A DNA stretch of 55,211 bases, from contig JAHJHC010000041.1 in assembly GCA_018824145.1 (NCBI GenBank), forward strand, positions 1 to 55,211. Reading direction: 5' to 3'. Each line of letters opens with the position of its first letter. The stretch's first letter is position 1. Position numbers and translations under genes: made by a program. The notes beneath the pieces were generated by a model. It made no database searches, was not told the DNA's origin, and saw only the letters and a list, made by a program, of their open reading frames with translations. Shown here in pieces: positions 32,026 to 41,717 of the stretch. This DNA comes from Candidatus Omnitrophota bacterium (lineage in GTDB: Bacteria > Omnitrophota > Gorgyraeia > Gorgyraeales > Gorgyraeaceae).

Positions 32026-32924
32026 TGAAAAAGGAAAAAATCAGATATATCAGACATAACTGGAATTCCTATCTCTTTGTGTTACCAGCTCTTAGCATAT
32101 ATTTGATATTCGGCCTTTATCCTTTTTTAAGGACTTTTCAACTTAGTTTCTATAGGTGGGATGGTATTGCTCCGGATATGCAATTTGTTGGTCTAAAGAA
32201 TTATATTGATATTATATTCAATAACCCTATTTGGTGGACTTCAGTACTAAATGCCTCTATTGTTTCCATTATCGCTCTTACATTCCAGAATGGTTTGGCA
32301 TTACTGTTAGCTATCTTGTTATATCGTGGCATTACGAATGGGCGAACGATATACCGGGTTATCTTTTTTATGCCACCTATGTTATCTCTGATTGTCGTTG
32401 GGTATATTTGGCTTTGGATATACGATGGAAATTATGGAATCTTAAATCATATCCTGCGGATTATAGGATTAGGCAATCATGTTCGGGCATGGCTCTCTGA
32501 GGCAAACTCATCTCTTATTTCAGTAGCTGTGGCCCATTGTTGGCGAGGATTCGGGTTTGCATTTATTCTATTTCTAGCGGGATTACAGACAATACCAGAG
32601 GATCTCTATGAAGCAGCTAAGGTGGATGGCGCTGGCACTTGGAACCAATTTCGTTATATAACTTTACCTCTGCTAGTTCCCGTGGCAACTATTGTTTCTG
32701 TATTAACTATATTGGGGACAATGCAGATATTTGACCTAATTATGGCGATGACTCAAGGTGGGCCGGGTTTTCATACAGAGGTCCCTATAACGAGGATTTA
32801 CAAAGAAGCTTTCTCTTACTATCATTTTGGATACGGTACAGCTATGGCAATAGTATTCGGTGGGCTTCTGCTTATTTTGTCAATATTTCAGATGGAGTGT
32901 TCAAGGCGCAGATTACGGAGGTAA
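32025..32924 (+). CDS. ABC sugar transporter permease (MalF/UgpA-like)
   Basis: Six hydrophobic helices and an EAA loop (EAAKVDGAGTWNQFRYITLPLL). The ATG at 32025 overlaps the upstream TGA (TGATG); the ORF track starts at the GTG at 32022. Confidence 0.9.
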   Translation: MKKEKIRYIRHNWNSYLFVLPALSIYLIFGLYPFLRTFQLSFYRWDGIAPDMQFVGLKNYIDIIFNNPIWWTSVLNASIVSIIALTFQNGLALLLAILLYRGITNGRTIYRVIFFMPPMLSLIVVGYIWLWIYDGNYGILNHILRIIGLGNHVRAWLSEANSSLISVAVAHCWRGFGFAFILFLAGLQTIPEDLYEAAKVDGAGTWNQFRYITLPLLVPVATIVSVLTILGTMQIFDLIMAMTQGGPGFHTEVPITRIYKEAFSYYHFGYGTAMAIVFGGLLLILSIFQMECSRRRLRR

Positions 32925-32942
32925 AAAAGAGGATGATTGAAA

Positions 32943-33788
32943 ATGGCTACGAGAAGAATTAATAGCAAGAGAATAGTTGAAAAGTTTATTATTCACTCTT
33001 TTTTATGTTTAGTATCCGTTAGCTGTTTATTTCCTCTTTTGTGGATGCTTTCAACCTCGCTAAAATCTCAAAGTGAAGTATTCTTAAATATGAGCTTAAT
33101 TCCATCTAGTTTTAAATGGAATAATTACATAATTGCTTGGAAACAGGCTAGATTTGGTACTTATTTTTTTAATAGTCTTATATATACAACTACTGCTGTT
33201 ACAGGGGTTCTATTATTTGCTTCGTTAGCAGCTTATGCTTTTGCCAGATTTCAATTTCGAGGAAGAAATCTTTTATTTTATTTATTTCTGGCTTCTATGA
33301 TGATACCAATCCCAGGGGCATTTATACCCCTATATATCCTTCTGATTAGATTACAGTTAGTTGATACACGTATTGGATTAATACTCCCATACATTAATGC
33401 AGGTTTACCATTGGCTATCTTTATCCTGAAAGGATTTTTCGAAGGAGTCCCCCGTGACCTCGAAGATGCTGCGAGAATAGACGGTTGTTCTCGAATGGGT
33501 ATATACTGGCGCATAATGTTACCGTTGGCAACTCCAGCGTTAGCGACAGTAGCAATAATCTCTTCTCTTACAATATGGAATGAGTATCTTTTGGCATTAA
33601 TTGTTGTGCGTAAAGAAGAGCTCTTGCCGATTCAGGTAGGACTTTGGACATTTCAAGGACAACATATAACTAATTATCCATTACTTATGGCTGGTTTGAC
33701 AATCGCAGCTCTTCCACTGATTATAATTTATATGATCATGCAGAAGAATATTATTAAGGGGATTACAGCTGGAGCGCTTAAAGCATAG
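32943..33788 (+). CDS. ABC sugar transporter permease (MalG/UgpE-like)
   Basis: EAA loop EDAARIDGCSRMGIYWRIMLPLATPAL and six TM segments. The ATG at 32943 is preceded by AGAGGA; the ORF track uses the TTG at 32937. Confidence 0.9.
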   Translation: MATRRINSKRIVEKFIIHSFLCLVSVSCLFPLLWMLSTSLKSQSEVFLNMSLIPSSFKWNNYIIAWKQARFGTYFFNSLIYTTTAVTGVLLFASLAAYAFARFQFRGRNLLFYLFLASMMIPIPGAFIPLYILLIRLQLVDTRIGLILPYINAGLPLAIFILKGFFEGVPRDLEDAARIDGCSRMGIYWRIMLPLATPALATVAIISSLTIWNEYLLALIVVRKEELLPIQVGLWTFQGQHITNYPLLMAGLTIAALPLIIIYMIMQKNIIKGITAGALKA

Positions 33789-33860
33789 ATTGCACACAAA
33801 AGAGGTTATTTTTGTTGTAATGTAGAAATAATTCAAAACAAGAAGGAGGGTAATAAAAAA

Positions 33861-35117
33861 ATGAAAGAGTCGTTACGTATTGATAATGATTTTTTATCGG
33901 ACAGAGAAAGAAAGAATCTCTCTATTTTGGAGATGATTAGGAGGAAGGAATCCGTTACCAAGGCCGATATCTCGAAAGTTACAGGCATCAATATAGTGAC
34001 TGTGTCAAACTACATTAGTCATTACATTGAGAAAGGATTAGTGTTAGAGCTCGGTTTGGACGAATCGAGCGGAGGACGTAGGCCGACTTTGATAAAGTTG
34101 AATCCGAAAGCTGGTTTTGTCATTGGAGTTGGGTTGAATATAATGGACATAGTTGGCGTGGCTGTAGATCTAGAATCAAATGTCCTCTATGAGATGAGAC
34201 AAGATAGGTTCAGTGGAGTTACAACCACGACCAGTCCTCTATCGGTTGAAAACGGAGAATCAACTATTTATTCTTTAGTTGAGGTAGTGAGTAAGGTATT
34301 AGAAAATTCGAAACTAGATGTAAAAAAACTAAAAGGGATTGGTGTAGGAGTGCCTGGAATTATTGATGTGCCTGGACAAAAAATCAAATGGCCTAATGAA
34401 AGAGGTGTGAAGGATATCTCGATTTGTATAGCTGTTAAGGATCTTTTTGAAGATAAGTTTGGCGTCCCTACTATTATCGAGAACGATGCTACTATAGCTG
34501 CCTTTGGAGAAAAATGGTTAGGCCTTGACCCTACCATAAAGAATATGTTGTATATGTACGCTGGGGTCGGTTGTGGCATTATGATCAATGGGCAGATATA
34601 TAAAGGTAGCAGTGGGATTGCAGGAGAGGTTAATATCCACAATCCAGAATTTGAATGCCTTCCAGAAAAAGAACAGGAGAAGTTATTTTATCTATTGCGA
34701 TGGGAGTTAGATATGGGTCTTTCTTATAAAGCTAAGCAAGCTATTAAGGAAGGAAAAGAATCAGAGATTCTTGCTTTGGCAGGGGGAAGGTCAGAAATGG
34801 TAACCTTCAGGACAGTAGTTAAGGCAGCAAAAGCAGGAGATAAGCTAGCTATTGACTTGCTAAGAGAAGCAGGGGTAAATCTGGGTATCAAGATAGCATT
34901 TTTTGTGAATTTCTTAAATCCTGAAATGGTTGTTTTAGGTGGAGGAATAGAAGAAGCAGGCACTTTTATAGTAGAGCCTATAAAAGAAACTGTAGCTAAA
35001 TGGGCCTTTGAAGAAGCTTTTCGTATAGTTAAGATTGTTCCTTCCAGATTGGGTAATAAGGCAGTAGCTTTGGGAGGTGCCAGCGGGGTTATTCAAGAAG
35101 TATTTCTAGATGTATAG
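33861..35117 (+). CDS. ROK-family transcriptional regulator (NagC/Mlc/XylR-like)
   Basis: N-terminal winged HTH (LSILEMIRRKESVTKADISKVTGINIVTVSNYISHYIEKGLV) plus a ROK sugar-kinase-like fold (GVGVPGIID ... ENDATIAAFGE ... AGVGCGIMINGQIYKGSSGIAGEV). The CxCGxxGC zinc motif is not evident. RBS GGAGGG. Confidence 0.85.
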   Translation: MKESLRIDNDFLSDRERKNLSILEMIRRKESVTKADISKVTGINIVTVSNYISHYIEKGLVLELGLDESSGGRRPTLIKLNPKAGFVIGVGLNIMDIVGVAVDLESNVLYEMRQDRFSGVTTTTSPLSVENGESTIYSLVEVVSKVLENSKLDVKKLKGIGVGVPGIIDVPGQKIKWPNERGVKDISICIAVKDLFEDKFGVPTIIENDATIAAFGEKWLGLDPTIKNMLYMYAGVGCGIMINGQIYKGSSGIAGEVNIHNPEFECLPEKEQEKLFYLLRWELDMGLSYKAKQAIKEGKESEILALAGGRSEMVTFRTVVKAAKAGDKLAIDLLREAGVNLGIKIAFFVNFLNPEMVVLGGGIEEAGTFIVEPIKETVAKWAFEEAFRIVKIVPSRLGNKAVALGGASGVIQEVFLDV

Positions 35118-35170
35118 CTTAAACTTTCCTGAAAATATCATAACCGTGATGAAATAGGGGAGTTGAAATC

Positions 35171-37315
35171 ATGAAACATTCGATAAATATCATACCTTTT
35201 GGTGCTCATTATTATCGTGTTCCTACTCCTAAGCCTTCAGAATGGGAAAAAGATTTTAAGAATATAAAAAGGTATGGTTTTAATATGATTGAAATTTGGG
35301 TTATGTGGCGATGGAGTAATCCGAAGGCAGGGAAATATTATTTTGAAGATATTGATAGACTTATGGATCTGGCTATCAAATACGATATTAAAGTCAACAT
35401 GAGCCCAAAATATGATTCAGTCCCGGCTTGGATATTTAATCAATTTCCTGAGAGTCGGCTTGAAACTATCTATGGAAGATACGTAGGCCCTGTTGAATTT
35501 GCTGCAAGACAGATTGGCGGTGTAGGAGGTGGTTGCATCAATCATAGAAAGAGTATGGAAATCAGGATGGAGTTCCTTGCAGAAACTGTAAAAAGATATC
35601 GAGGCCACAAGGCATTATATATTTGGAATAGCTGGGGTGAACCGGACCTAGGACATTCTATTCACCGGGTTGTTGGGAAAGACTATAGAAATATTGAGTT
35701 TTTGTTGTGCTATTGTGAGAGTTGCAGGACAGCTTTCAAAGAATGGCTTAAGAAAAAATACAAAGGCCTTAGTGGGTTGAATAAATGTTGGCATAAAAAT
35801 TATCAAAATTGGGAAGAAATTGAAATTCCACGTAGCCGAGATATGTTTGTTTCAATGATTGACTGGAGGATGTTTTTTATCGAAAGGATGGCAGAGGTAA
35901 ATCTTGAGCAGATGCAGCTTATAAGGAAACTAGATAAGAGACATCTAGTTATGTGCCATACTCACGATATGAAGTATTTCGATTTGATGTCAACAGGAGT
36001 CGACCTATGGAGAATGGCTGAGCCTGGCGATGTACATGGTGTGACATTAGTAAATGATCCTTTCGCTTGTGACATTTTACGTTGCTGTGCAAAGCATAAA
36101 CCTGTTTGGAGCGTTGAAATTCATGCTATGCCCGGTATGACCATGGTTTTTCCAAGGGTCCTGAAAGATGGAGAGATCAAACGTACAGTTTTTACTCCTT
36201 TAGCAGCTGGTTTTAGCGGATTTCAATACTGGCAGTATCGACCAGAGACACTTGGTAGGGAGTCTCCAGCATGGGGTTTAACTAAGCTTGATGGTACTTC
36301 TACCCCATGGTTAGAGACTGCCTCTAGATGCTGTAAGTTACTTCAGAAGAATAAAGATAAGGTGTTAAGCCTTAAAAGATTAAAAACAGATATCGCGATA
36401 TTATTCTCACCAGAAAACCAGATATTTTCATGGTGCTCTTATGGCACAGAATATTTTTATCATGACTCTATGGTTGGTTTACATAATGCCCTCTATCAGG
36501 CTAACTTCAATGTCGATATTCTGCATACCCTTGAAATCAATAAAGGAGAGCTTAATAACTATTCAGTATTGTATGTGCCTGTACCGATGTATCTTGATGA
36601 GCAAAGTTTAGCGATTATAAAAGAATGGGTTCGAAACGGCGGGACCCTTATCGGGGAAAGTTATTTCGCTGCGTTGGATACAAAAGACGGTTCTTTCAGA
36701 TACAAAATTCCAGGCGCTGGTTTTATAGAGGTCTTTGGTGTGGAGCAGGGGTTGGTTAGGGCTAGACGGGATTTTTCAGGCGAAAGAGCAACTATCATTA
36801 TGGATAGAGATTTATCCGATATCAAAAAGGGAGAGAAAATTAATGGGATGCTCTGTGAGGAGACGTTTATTTTAAAGGGTGCAAAAGTTTTAGCAATATT
36901 TAAAGAAGGGAAAGAACCTGCTATTACGTTTTCAAATTACGGCAAAGGTAAGGCCATCTTAATAGGTTCATTTATTGGATATGATTACTTTAAATTTAGA
37001 AATGAGACGAATGAAAGATTGATTGTAAGTCTCGCAAAAATTGGAAGTATATGCAAGTTCCCTAAAATAAATGGAAAAAGTAAAGTTCGTTTAGACCTTA
37101 TCTCTAATAATAAAAAAGATGAAGGGTGGGTAATTGTGACAAACCTTGAGAAGAGACGGATAACAACAGGGTTTCACTTACCCATTGCGGGTTTTTCAGA
37201 GATGGAGGATCTCTTTAACGGAAAGAAGGTAAGGCTTACTTCTGAGAAGTATGGCCTGAAAGGAGAGATTTCACTTCTCCCCGAAGAAATCAGGGTATTT
37301 GATTTATTAAAATGA
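35171..37315 (+). CDS. GH42-family beta-galactosidase-like glycoside hydrolase
   Basis: FGAHYYRVPTPKPSEWEKDFKNIKRYGFNMIEIWVMWRWSNPKAGKYYFEDIDRLMDLA (TIM-barrel N-terminus). Cys cluster CYCESCRTAFKEWLKKKYKGLSGLNKCW is typical of GH42. The C-terminal region is trimerisation/beta-sandwich-like. Confidence 0.8.
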   Translation: MKHSINIIPFGAHYYRVPTPKPSEWEKDFKNIKRYGFNMIEIWVMWRWSNPKAGKYYFEDIDRLMDLAIKYDIKVNMSPKYDSVPAWIFNQFPESRLETIYGRYVGPVEFAARQIGGVGGGCINHRKSMEIRMEFLAETVKRYRGHKALYIWNSWGEPDLGHSIHRVVGKDYRNIEFLLCYCESCRTAFKEWLKKKYKGLSGLNKCWHKNYQNWEEIEIPRSRDMFVSMIDWRMFFIERMAEVNLEQMQLIRKLDKRHLVMCHTHDMKYFDLMSTGVDLWRMAEPGDVHGVTLVNDPFACDILRCCAKHKPVWSVEIHAMPGMTMVFPRVLKDGEIKRTVFTPLAAGFSGFQYWQYRPETLGRESPAWGLTKLDGTSTPWLETASRCCKLLQKNKDKVLSLKRLKTDIAILFSPENQIFSWCSYGTEYFYHDSMVGLHNALYQANFNVDILHTLEINKGELNNYSVLYVPVPMYLDEQSLAIIKEWVRNGGTLIGESYFAALDTKDGSFRYKIPGAGFIEVFGVEQGLVRARRDFSGERATIIMDRDLSDIKKGEKINGMLCEETFILKGAKVLAIFKEGKEPAITFSNYGKGKAILIGSFIGYDYFKFRNETNERLIVSLAKIGSICKFPKINGKSKVRLDLISNNKKDEGWVIVTNLEKRRITTGFHLPIAGFSEMEDLFNGKKVRLTSEKYGLKGEISLLPEEIRVFDLLK

Positions 37316-39621
37316 GCAAATTCGGATATTTTGACGATAAGAATAAAGAATATATCATAACAAGGCCCGATACGCCTAGACCCTGGGATAATTTCTTGTG
37401 GAATGATGTCTACTATACTTATATTGATCAACTCGGCAAAGGATATAGTCGGTATCAGACAGATGAAGGTTGGGCTACCCATGTAATTTTCGGTGCTCAC
37501 AACCAGCCCCAAGATAGTCGCCTTATATATTTGCGAGACGATGAGAGTGGTGAATACTGGAATGTAGGCTGGGATCCTGTGCAGAAGAAGTACGATAAGT
37601 ATCTTTGCCGTCATGGCCTTGGTTATACTGTAATTGAAAACACTACCGATAAAATTGAGGTGGAATATCGTATTTTTGTCCCGTTGGGAAATGAACCATT
37701 AGAACTCTGGACTCTTAAAGTGAGGAATTTAGGTAATAATAAGAGAAACATCAGTTTATTTACTTATACAGAACTTTCTTTAGCTGGTTATCGTACTTAT
37801 GGACATTTAATGTTTATGAGCGGTCATTTCTATCCAGAGATCAAAGGTATTATTGCTAGGAAGAGGGCAGAGGGCCTTCCTCACTCAAAATATGCAGGTT
37901 TTATCTCCGGAGATTTTTTGCCTTTTGGTTTTGATGCAAGCCGTCGTACATTTCTGGGTACGTATCGCCGATTAACTAATCCACAGGTTGTCTCTGAGGG
38001 CAGATGTTTAAATAGTATTGGGACAGGAGAACCTATTGTTGGCGTATTGCAGAATAAATTCTCTCTGAAGGGGAAAGAGGAAAATGTCTTTAATTTTATC
38101 GTCGGAGTTACTGATGTAGATAATCCTACAGAAGAAGCAAGGCGCTTGATTGATAGATATCTTGATACTCAGAAGATTGAGGAAGAGTTCAAGATGTTAA
38201 AAGAGGAGCGCAATAAGAAATTTAGTCCTATTTCTATAGACTCTCCGGATGAAGAGTTGAACAGAATTACTAATATCTGGAACAAGCAACAGGTTTCTTA
38301 TGGTGCTACGTGGGTAAGATGGGGAATAAAAGGTTATCGGGATATCCTCCAGCATGCACAAGGAGTTATTACATTTGATCTCGACCGTGCTAAGAAAGAT
38401 ATTTTAGATGCGCTTTGCTATCAATATAGCGATGGGTTTGCTCTTAGAGGATGGGCTCCAGTTGACAAAATGAAATATTCAGATAGTGCACAGTGGATGG
38501 TTTCGACCATTACAGAATATATCAAAGAAAGTGGTGACTTCGGGCTTTTAGAGATAGATGTTCCTTTCTATGATGAAGGGACGGCTTCAGTCCTTGAGCA
38601 TATGGTTCGTGCTCTCAGGAAGTTATACGAAGATAGAGGAGAGAAGGGGCTTTGTTTAATTAGATATGGAGATTGGAATGACTCTTTGACTTCTGTTGGT
38701 AAGGCTGGTAAAGGCACGAGCGTCTGGCTTTCTATGGCCCTTTGCCGTTCAGCAATGCTCCTTAGAGAGTTAGCTAAGAGATTAAATAGAAAGAGTATTG
38801 CAGAAGAGATGGATAAGATTTATAGAGAAGTGAAAGATGCCTTAAATAGAGACGCATGGAATGGAGGATGGTATGTATGTGCTTTTGATGATAATGGTAG
38901 GGCTATTGGTTCAAAAGATTGCGAGGAGGGTAAGATTTTTCTTAACATGCAAAGTTGGGCTATCATGAGTGGGATTGCGACACAAGAGCGGCAAGAGAAA
39001 TGCCTTGCCTCTGTTGAAAAATATCTTGACTCTGGATATGGTTTTTTACTTAATACACCTGTTTATACAAAATATGATCCGCATATAGGCAGGTTGACAA
39101 ACTTAGAACCAGGGATATGTGAGAATGGGACTGTTTACTGTCATGGTAATGCCTTTTTAATGATAGCCTATCTACTTGCTAATAAAGGAGATAAGGCATA
39201 CTCTGTTTATCGTGCAATCCTTCCGGAAAATCCAAATAATCCTTCCAATACAGCTGTGCCTTATGTGTTTCCCAACGGTTACTACGGACCTTCACATAAG
39301 ACCTCTCCAGGAAGAATAGAGTATAGTTGGATAACAGGTTCATGTGGTTGGATCTTTCAAGCAGTAACTGAGTGGATGTTTGGGGTAAGACGTACTTATG
39401 ATGGACTCTTGATTAATCCATGTATTCCTTCTAGTTGGCCCTCTTGTAAGATGGTGAGAAACTATAGAAAGGCAATTTATGATATTAATATTAATAATCC
39501 AGAACGAGTTGAAACTGGAATTAAAAGATTGAAAGTAGATGGTGAGGAGGTTGATCCAGTCAGACCGATTACCCCTTTTGCAGACGGCAAAAATCACCAA
39601 ATAGAAGTAATTATGGGGTAG
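37312..39621 (+). CDS. GH94-family glycoside phosphorylase (cellobiose/chitobiose/cellobionate-phosphorylase-like)
   Basis: The N-terminus MSKFGYFDDKNKEYIITRPDTPRPWDNFLWN is the hallmark GH94 start. The catalytic-region motif RYGDWNDSL lies at 38668-38682. ATGA overlap with the GH42 gene. Confidence 0.85.
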   Translation: MSKFGYFDDKNKEYIITRPDTPRPWDNFLWNDVYYTYIDQLGKGYSRYQTDEGWATHVIFGAHNQPQDSRLIYLRDDESGEYWNVGWDPVQKKYDKYLCRHGLGYTVIENTTDKIEVEYRIFVPLGNEPLELWTLKVRNLGNNKRNISLFTYTELSLAGYRTYGHLMFMSGHFYPEIKGIIARKRAEGLPHSKYAGFISGDFLPFGFDASRRTFLGTYRRLTNPQVVSEGRCLNSIGTGEPIVGVLQNKFSLKGKEENVFNFIVGVTDVDNPTEEARRLIDRYLDTQKIEEEFKMLKEERNKKFSPISIDSPDEELNRITNIWNKQQVSYGATWVRWGIKGYRDILQHAQGVITFDLDRAKKDILDALCYQYSDGFALRGWAPVDKMKYSDSAQWMVSTITEYIKESGDFGLLEIDVPFYDEGTASVLEHMVRALRKLYEDRGEKGLCLIRYGDWNDSLTSVGKAGKGTSVWLSMALCRSAMLLRELAKRLNRKSIAEEMDKIYREVKDALNRDAWNGGWYVCAFDDNGRAIGSKDCEEGKIFLNMQSWAIMSGIATQERQEKCLASVEKYLDSGYGFLLNTPVYTKYDPHIGRLTNLEPGICENGTVYCHGNAFLMIAYLLANKGDKAYSVYRAILPENPNNPSNTAVPYVFPNGYYGPSHKTSPGRIEYSWITGSCGWIFQAVTEWMFGVRRTYDGLLINPCIPSSWPSCKMVRNYRKAIYDININNPERVETGIKRLKVDGEEVDPVRPITPFADGKNHQIEVIMG

Positions 39622-39624
39622 TAA

Positions 39625-40842
39625 ATGGATTATATATTAATTTTTCATTCTAATCTCAATCATGGTCTTTTGTTCCCGCATAAATATAACCTGCTTTGTG
39701 AAGAATCTTATCTTAAATTAATAAATTTTTTCGACTCAAGATATCCTGAGACAAAATGGTGCCTGGAGATGTCGGGGTTTACTTTAGATTACCTATGTAG
39801 CACATATCCAAAAACCCCTGATAGATTGAGGAGAAGTATTAATAGAAATTGTGAGCTAGTCTCAGGGCCTTATGCCCACAGTATCTTGGCAAATTTTCCG
39901 TATTCTCATGGGTTAAATAGCTTGAAGTTTAGCTGCCAGAGTTGGAAGAATTGGGTAGGATGTACACCACGTGTAGGATGGATTCCTGAATGTGGGTGGA
40001 GACAAGATGTGCCAAGGATGTTTGAGGAAGCAGGTTTTGATTTTCTTATCTGTGATTTTGATTCTTATGTTCAGACTAGAGAGAATATATTTATACCTCG
40101 GACCTATGCCAAAAAACCTCAAGTGATTGATAAATACTTAAAGATCGACCCAGATGATAAAGATCTCCATTTTCCTATTAGAGTGAATGAGAGACTTAAA
40201 GGGATAATGCGTAGTGATAGAATTAGTATGAGGGTTCTAAAGTATTTACAGAATGACCTATCTTACAAAGAATTGACTAATTGCCTTGATTATTATTCTA
40301 AAGGTGAAGGATACTTAGTTATATATGCTAATGATGCTGAATATCTTGGTACTACTGGTTGGTTTAATCTTCAGGAGATGGGACCTGATAGGGTTTTCGA
40401 ACCCGCCCCTTATACTTTCGATAGATTAGGCGAGATAATAGATTATCTAGGGAAAAGAGGGAATTTTATCTCAATTTCTGAAGCAGTCCATAGATTTCCA
40501 CCGAGGGATGGGATTATTAAAATTAAAGATGGGCTTAGCTGGCACCATGGCAGATGTTCACAATGGGATGGGACAGAAGATGCGAAGAATCTTAATAAAT
40601 CTTGCTGTGAAATTGGTAAGATGATCGAGGATGCAGAAAAAGAACTTGAGAGTGAGGTGGATAGAGAAAAACTCCTTAAGGCCTGGTGGCATCTCGTTCA
40701 GGCTGAAAGTGCTGATGGTCGTTATCCTCTCCCACCTTTTAGGCCTGGTGAAAACAATGTAAAATACTGTCGCTACCACCTTGATGAAGCAAAAAAAATA
40801 GTAGCAGAACTTGACAAGATAAAAAATAACAGATTAAATTAA
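39625..40842 (+). CDS. GH57-like glycoside hydrolase
   Basis: Pattern resembling the GH57 conserved regions: ILIFHSNLNHG, CELVSGPYAHSILANF, GWIPECGWRQDVPRMFEEAGFDFLI, VIYANDAEYLG, AWWHLVQAESADGRY. By-eye only. Confidence 0.55.
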   Translation: MDYILIFHSNLNHGLLFPHKYNLLCEESYLKLINFFDSRYPETKWCLEMSGFTLDYLCSTYPKTPDRLRRSINRNCELVSGPYAHSILANFPYSHGLNSLKFSCQSWKNWVGCTPRVGWIPECGWRQDVPRMFEEAGFDFLICDFDSYVQTRENIFIPRTYAKKPQVIDKYLKIDPDDKDLHFPIRVNERLKGIMRSDRISMRVLKYLQNDLSYKELTNCLDYYSKGEGYLVIYANDAEYLGTTGWFNLQEMGPDRVFEPAPYTFDRLGEIIDYLGKRGNFISISEAVHRFPPRDGIIKIKDGLSWHHGRCSQWDGTEDAKNLNKSCCEIGKMIEDAEKELESEVDREKLLKAWWHLVQAESADGRYPLPPFRPGENNVKYCRYHLDEAKKIVAELDKIKNNRLN

Positions 40843-40908
40843 TAGTATAATTTGACAAGATAGAAATAAGAGATTTACAAATTTGTATTTTATTGTGAGG
40901 AGAAAGTG

Positions 40909-41706
40909 ATGAAGAAGTTGTTAATAGTAGTAGTGTGTATTGTATTTTTGACAGCAATGGATAGTTTTGCGGAACCATCAAAGGAGCATACATTCGATTT
41001 GGGGATTGAGATATCGCATATTACTTATGATGAGCCAGGAGTGATGGAAGAAGAAGGTATGATGTATGGGCTTCATGGTTCTTATACTTATCGTGCTAAT
41101 AAACATATGTTGCGGGCAGAAGCTAGATTTAGTTACGGACAGGTAGATTATGAAAATTCAGGGACATTGGATAATATAGATGATTATATTATTGAAGTTA
41201 GACAGCTAGGAGGATATGTTTTTGGTTTTTCAAAAGCAACTACTATTATACCCTACCTAGGGGTCGGCTATAGATATTTGAATGATGATTCCGCTGGAAT
41301 GACTACGTCAACAGGTGCAAAGGGCTATGAAAGGGAATCAAATTATTATTATAGTCCAATAGGTATAGAAGTAGTTAATGAAATGAATAACGGATGGTTC
41401 ATAGGAATAACATTAGAATACGACCATTTCTGGAAGGGGAGACAAATAAGTCATATTGGTGATGCCATTGCTGGCGTTGGCAATCTTGAAAATGACCAGA
41501 ATGAGGGGTATGGTTTGAGAGGTTCTGTGGAATTTGAAAAAAAGAGTGAAAAAATGGATTTTCTGGTATCTCCTTTTATAAGATACTGGGATATCGAGCA
41601 GTCAGAAACACAGCCTGTTACATATTCGGGAGTTATTGTTGGATATGGATATGAGCCAGAGAACAGTTCTATAGAATATGGTGTTAAGTTTACGGCACGA
41701 CTTTAA
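40909..41706 (+). CDS. Putative outer-membrane beta-barrel protein
   Basis: Sec signal peptide (MKKLLIVVVCIVFLTAMDSFA/EP), alternating hydrophobic/aromatic beta-strand pattern, Gly/Tyr-rich. GAGGAG RBS before the ATG at 40909 (ORF track: GTG at 40906). Confidence 0.5.
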   Translation: MKKLLIVVVCIVFLTAMDSFAEPSKEHTFDLGIEISHITYDEPGVMEEEGMMYGLHGSYTYRANKHMLRAEARFSYGQVDYENSGTLDNIDDYIIEVRQLGGYVFGFSKATTIIPYLGVGYRYLNDDSAGMTTSTGAKGYERESNYYYSPIGIEVVNEMNNGWFIGITLEYDHFWKGRQISHIGDAIAGVGNLENDQNEGYGLRGSVEFEKKSEKMDFLVSPFIRYWDIEQSETQPVTYSGVIVGYGYEPENSSIEYGVKFTARL

Positions 41707-41717
41707 CGGAGGATCAA

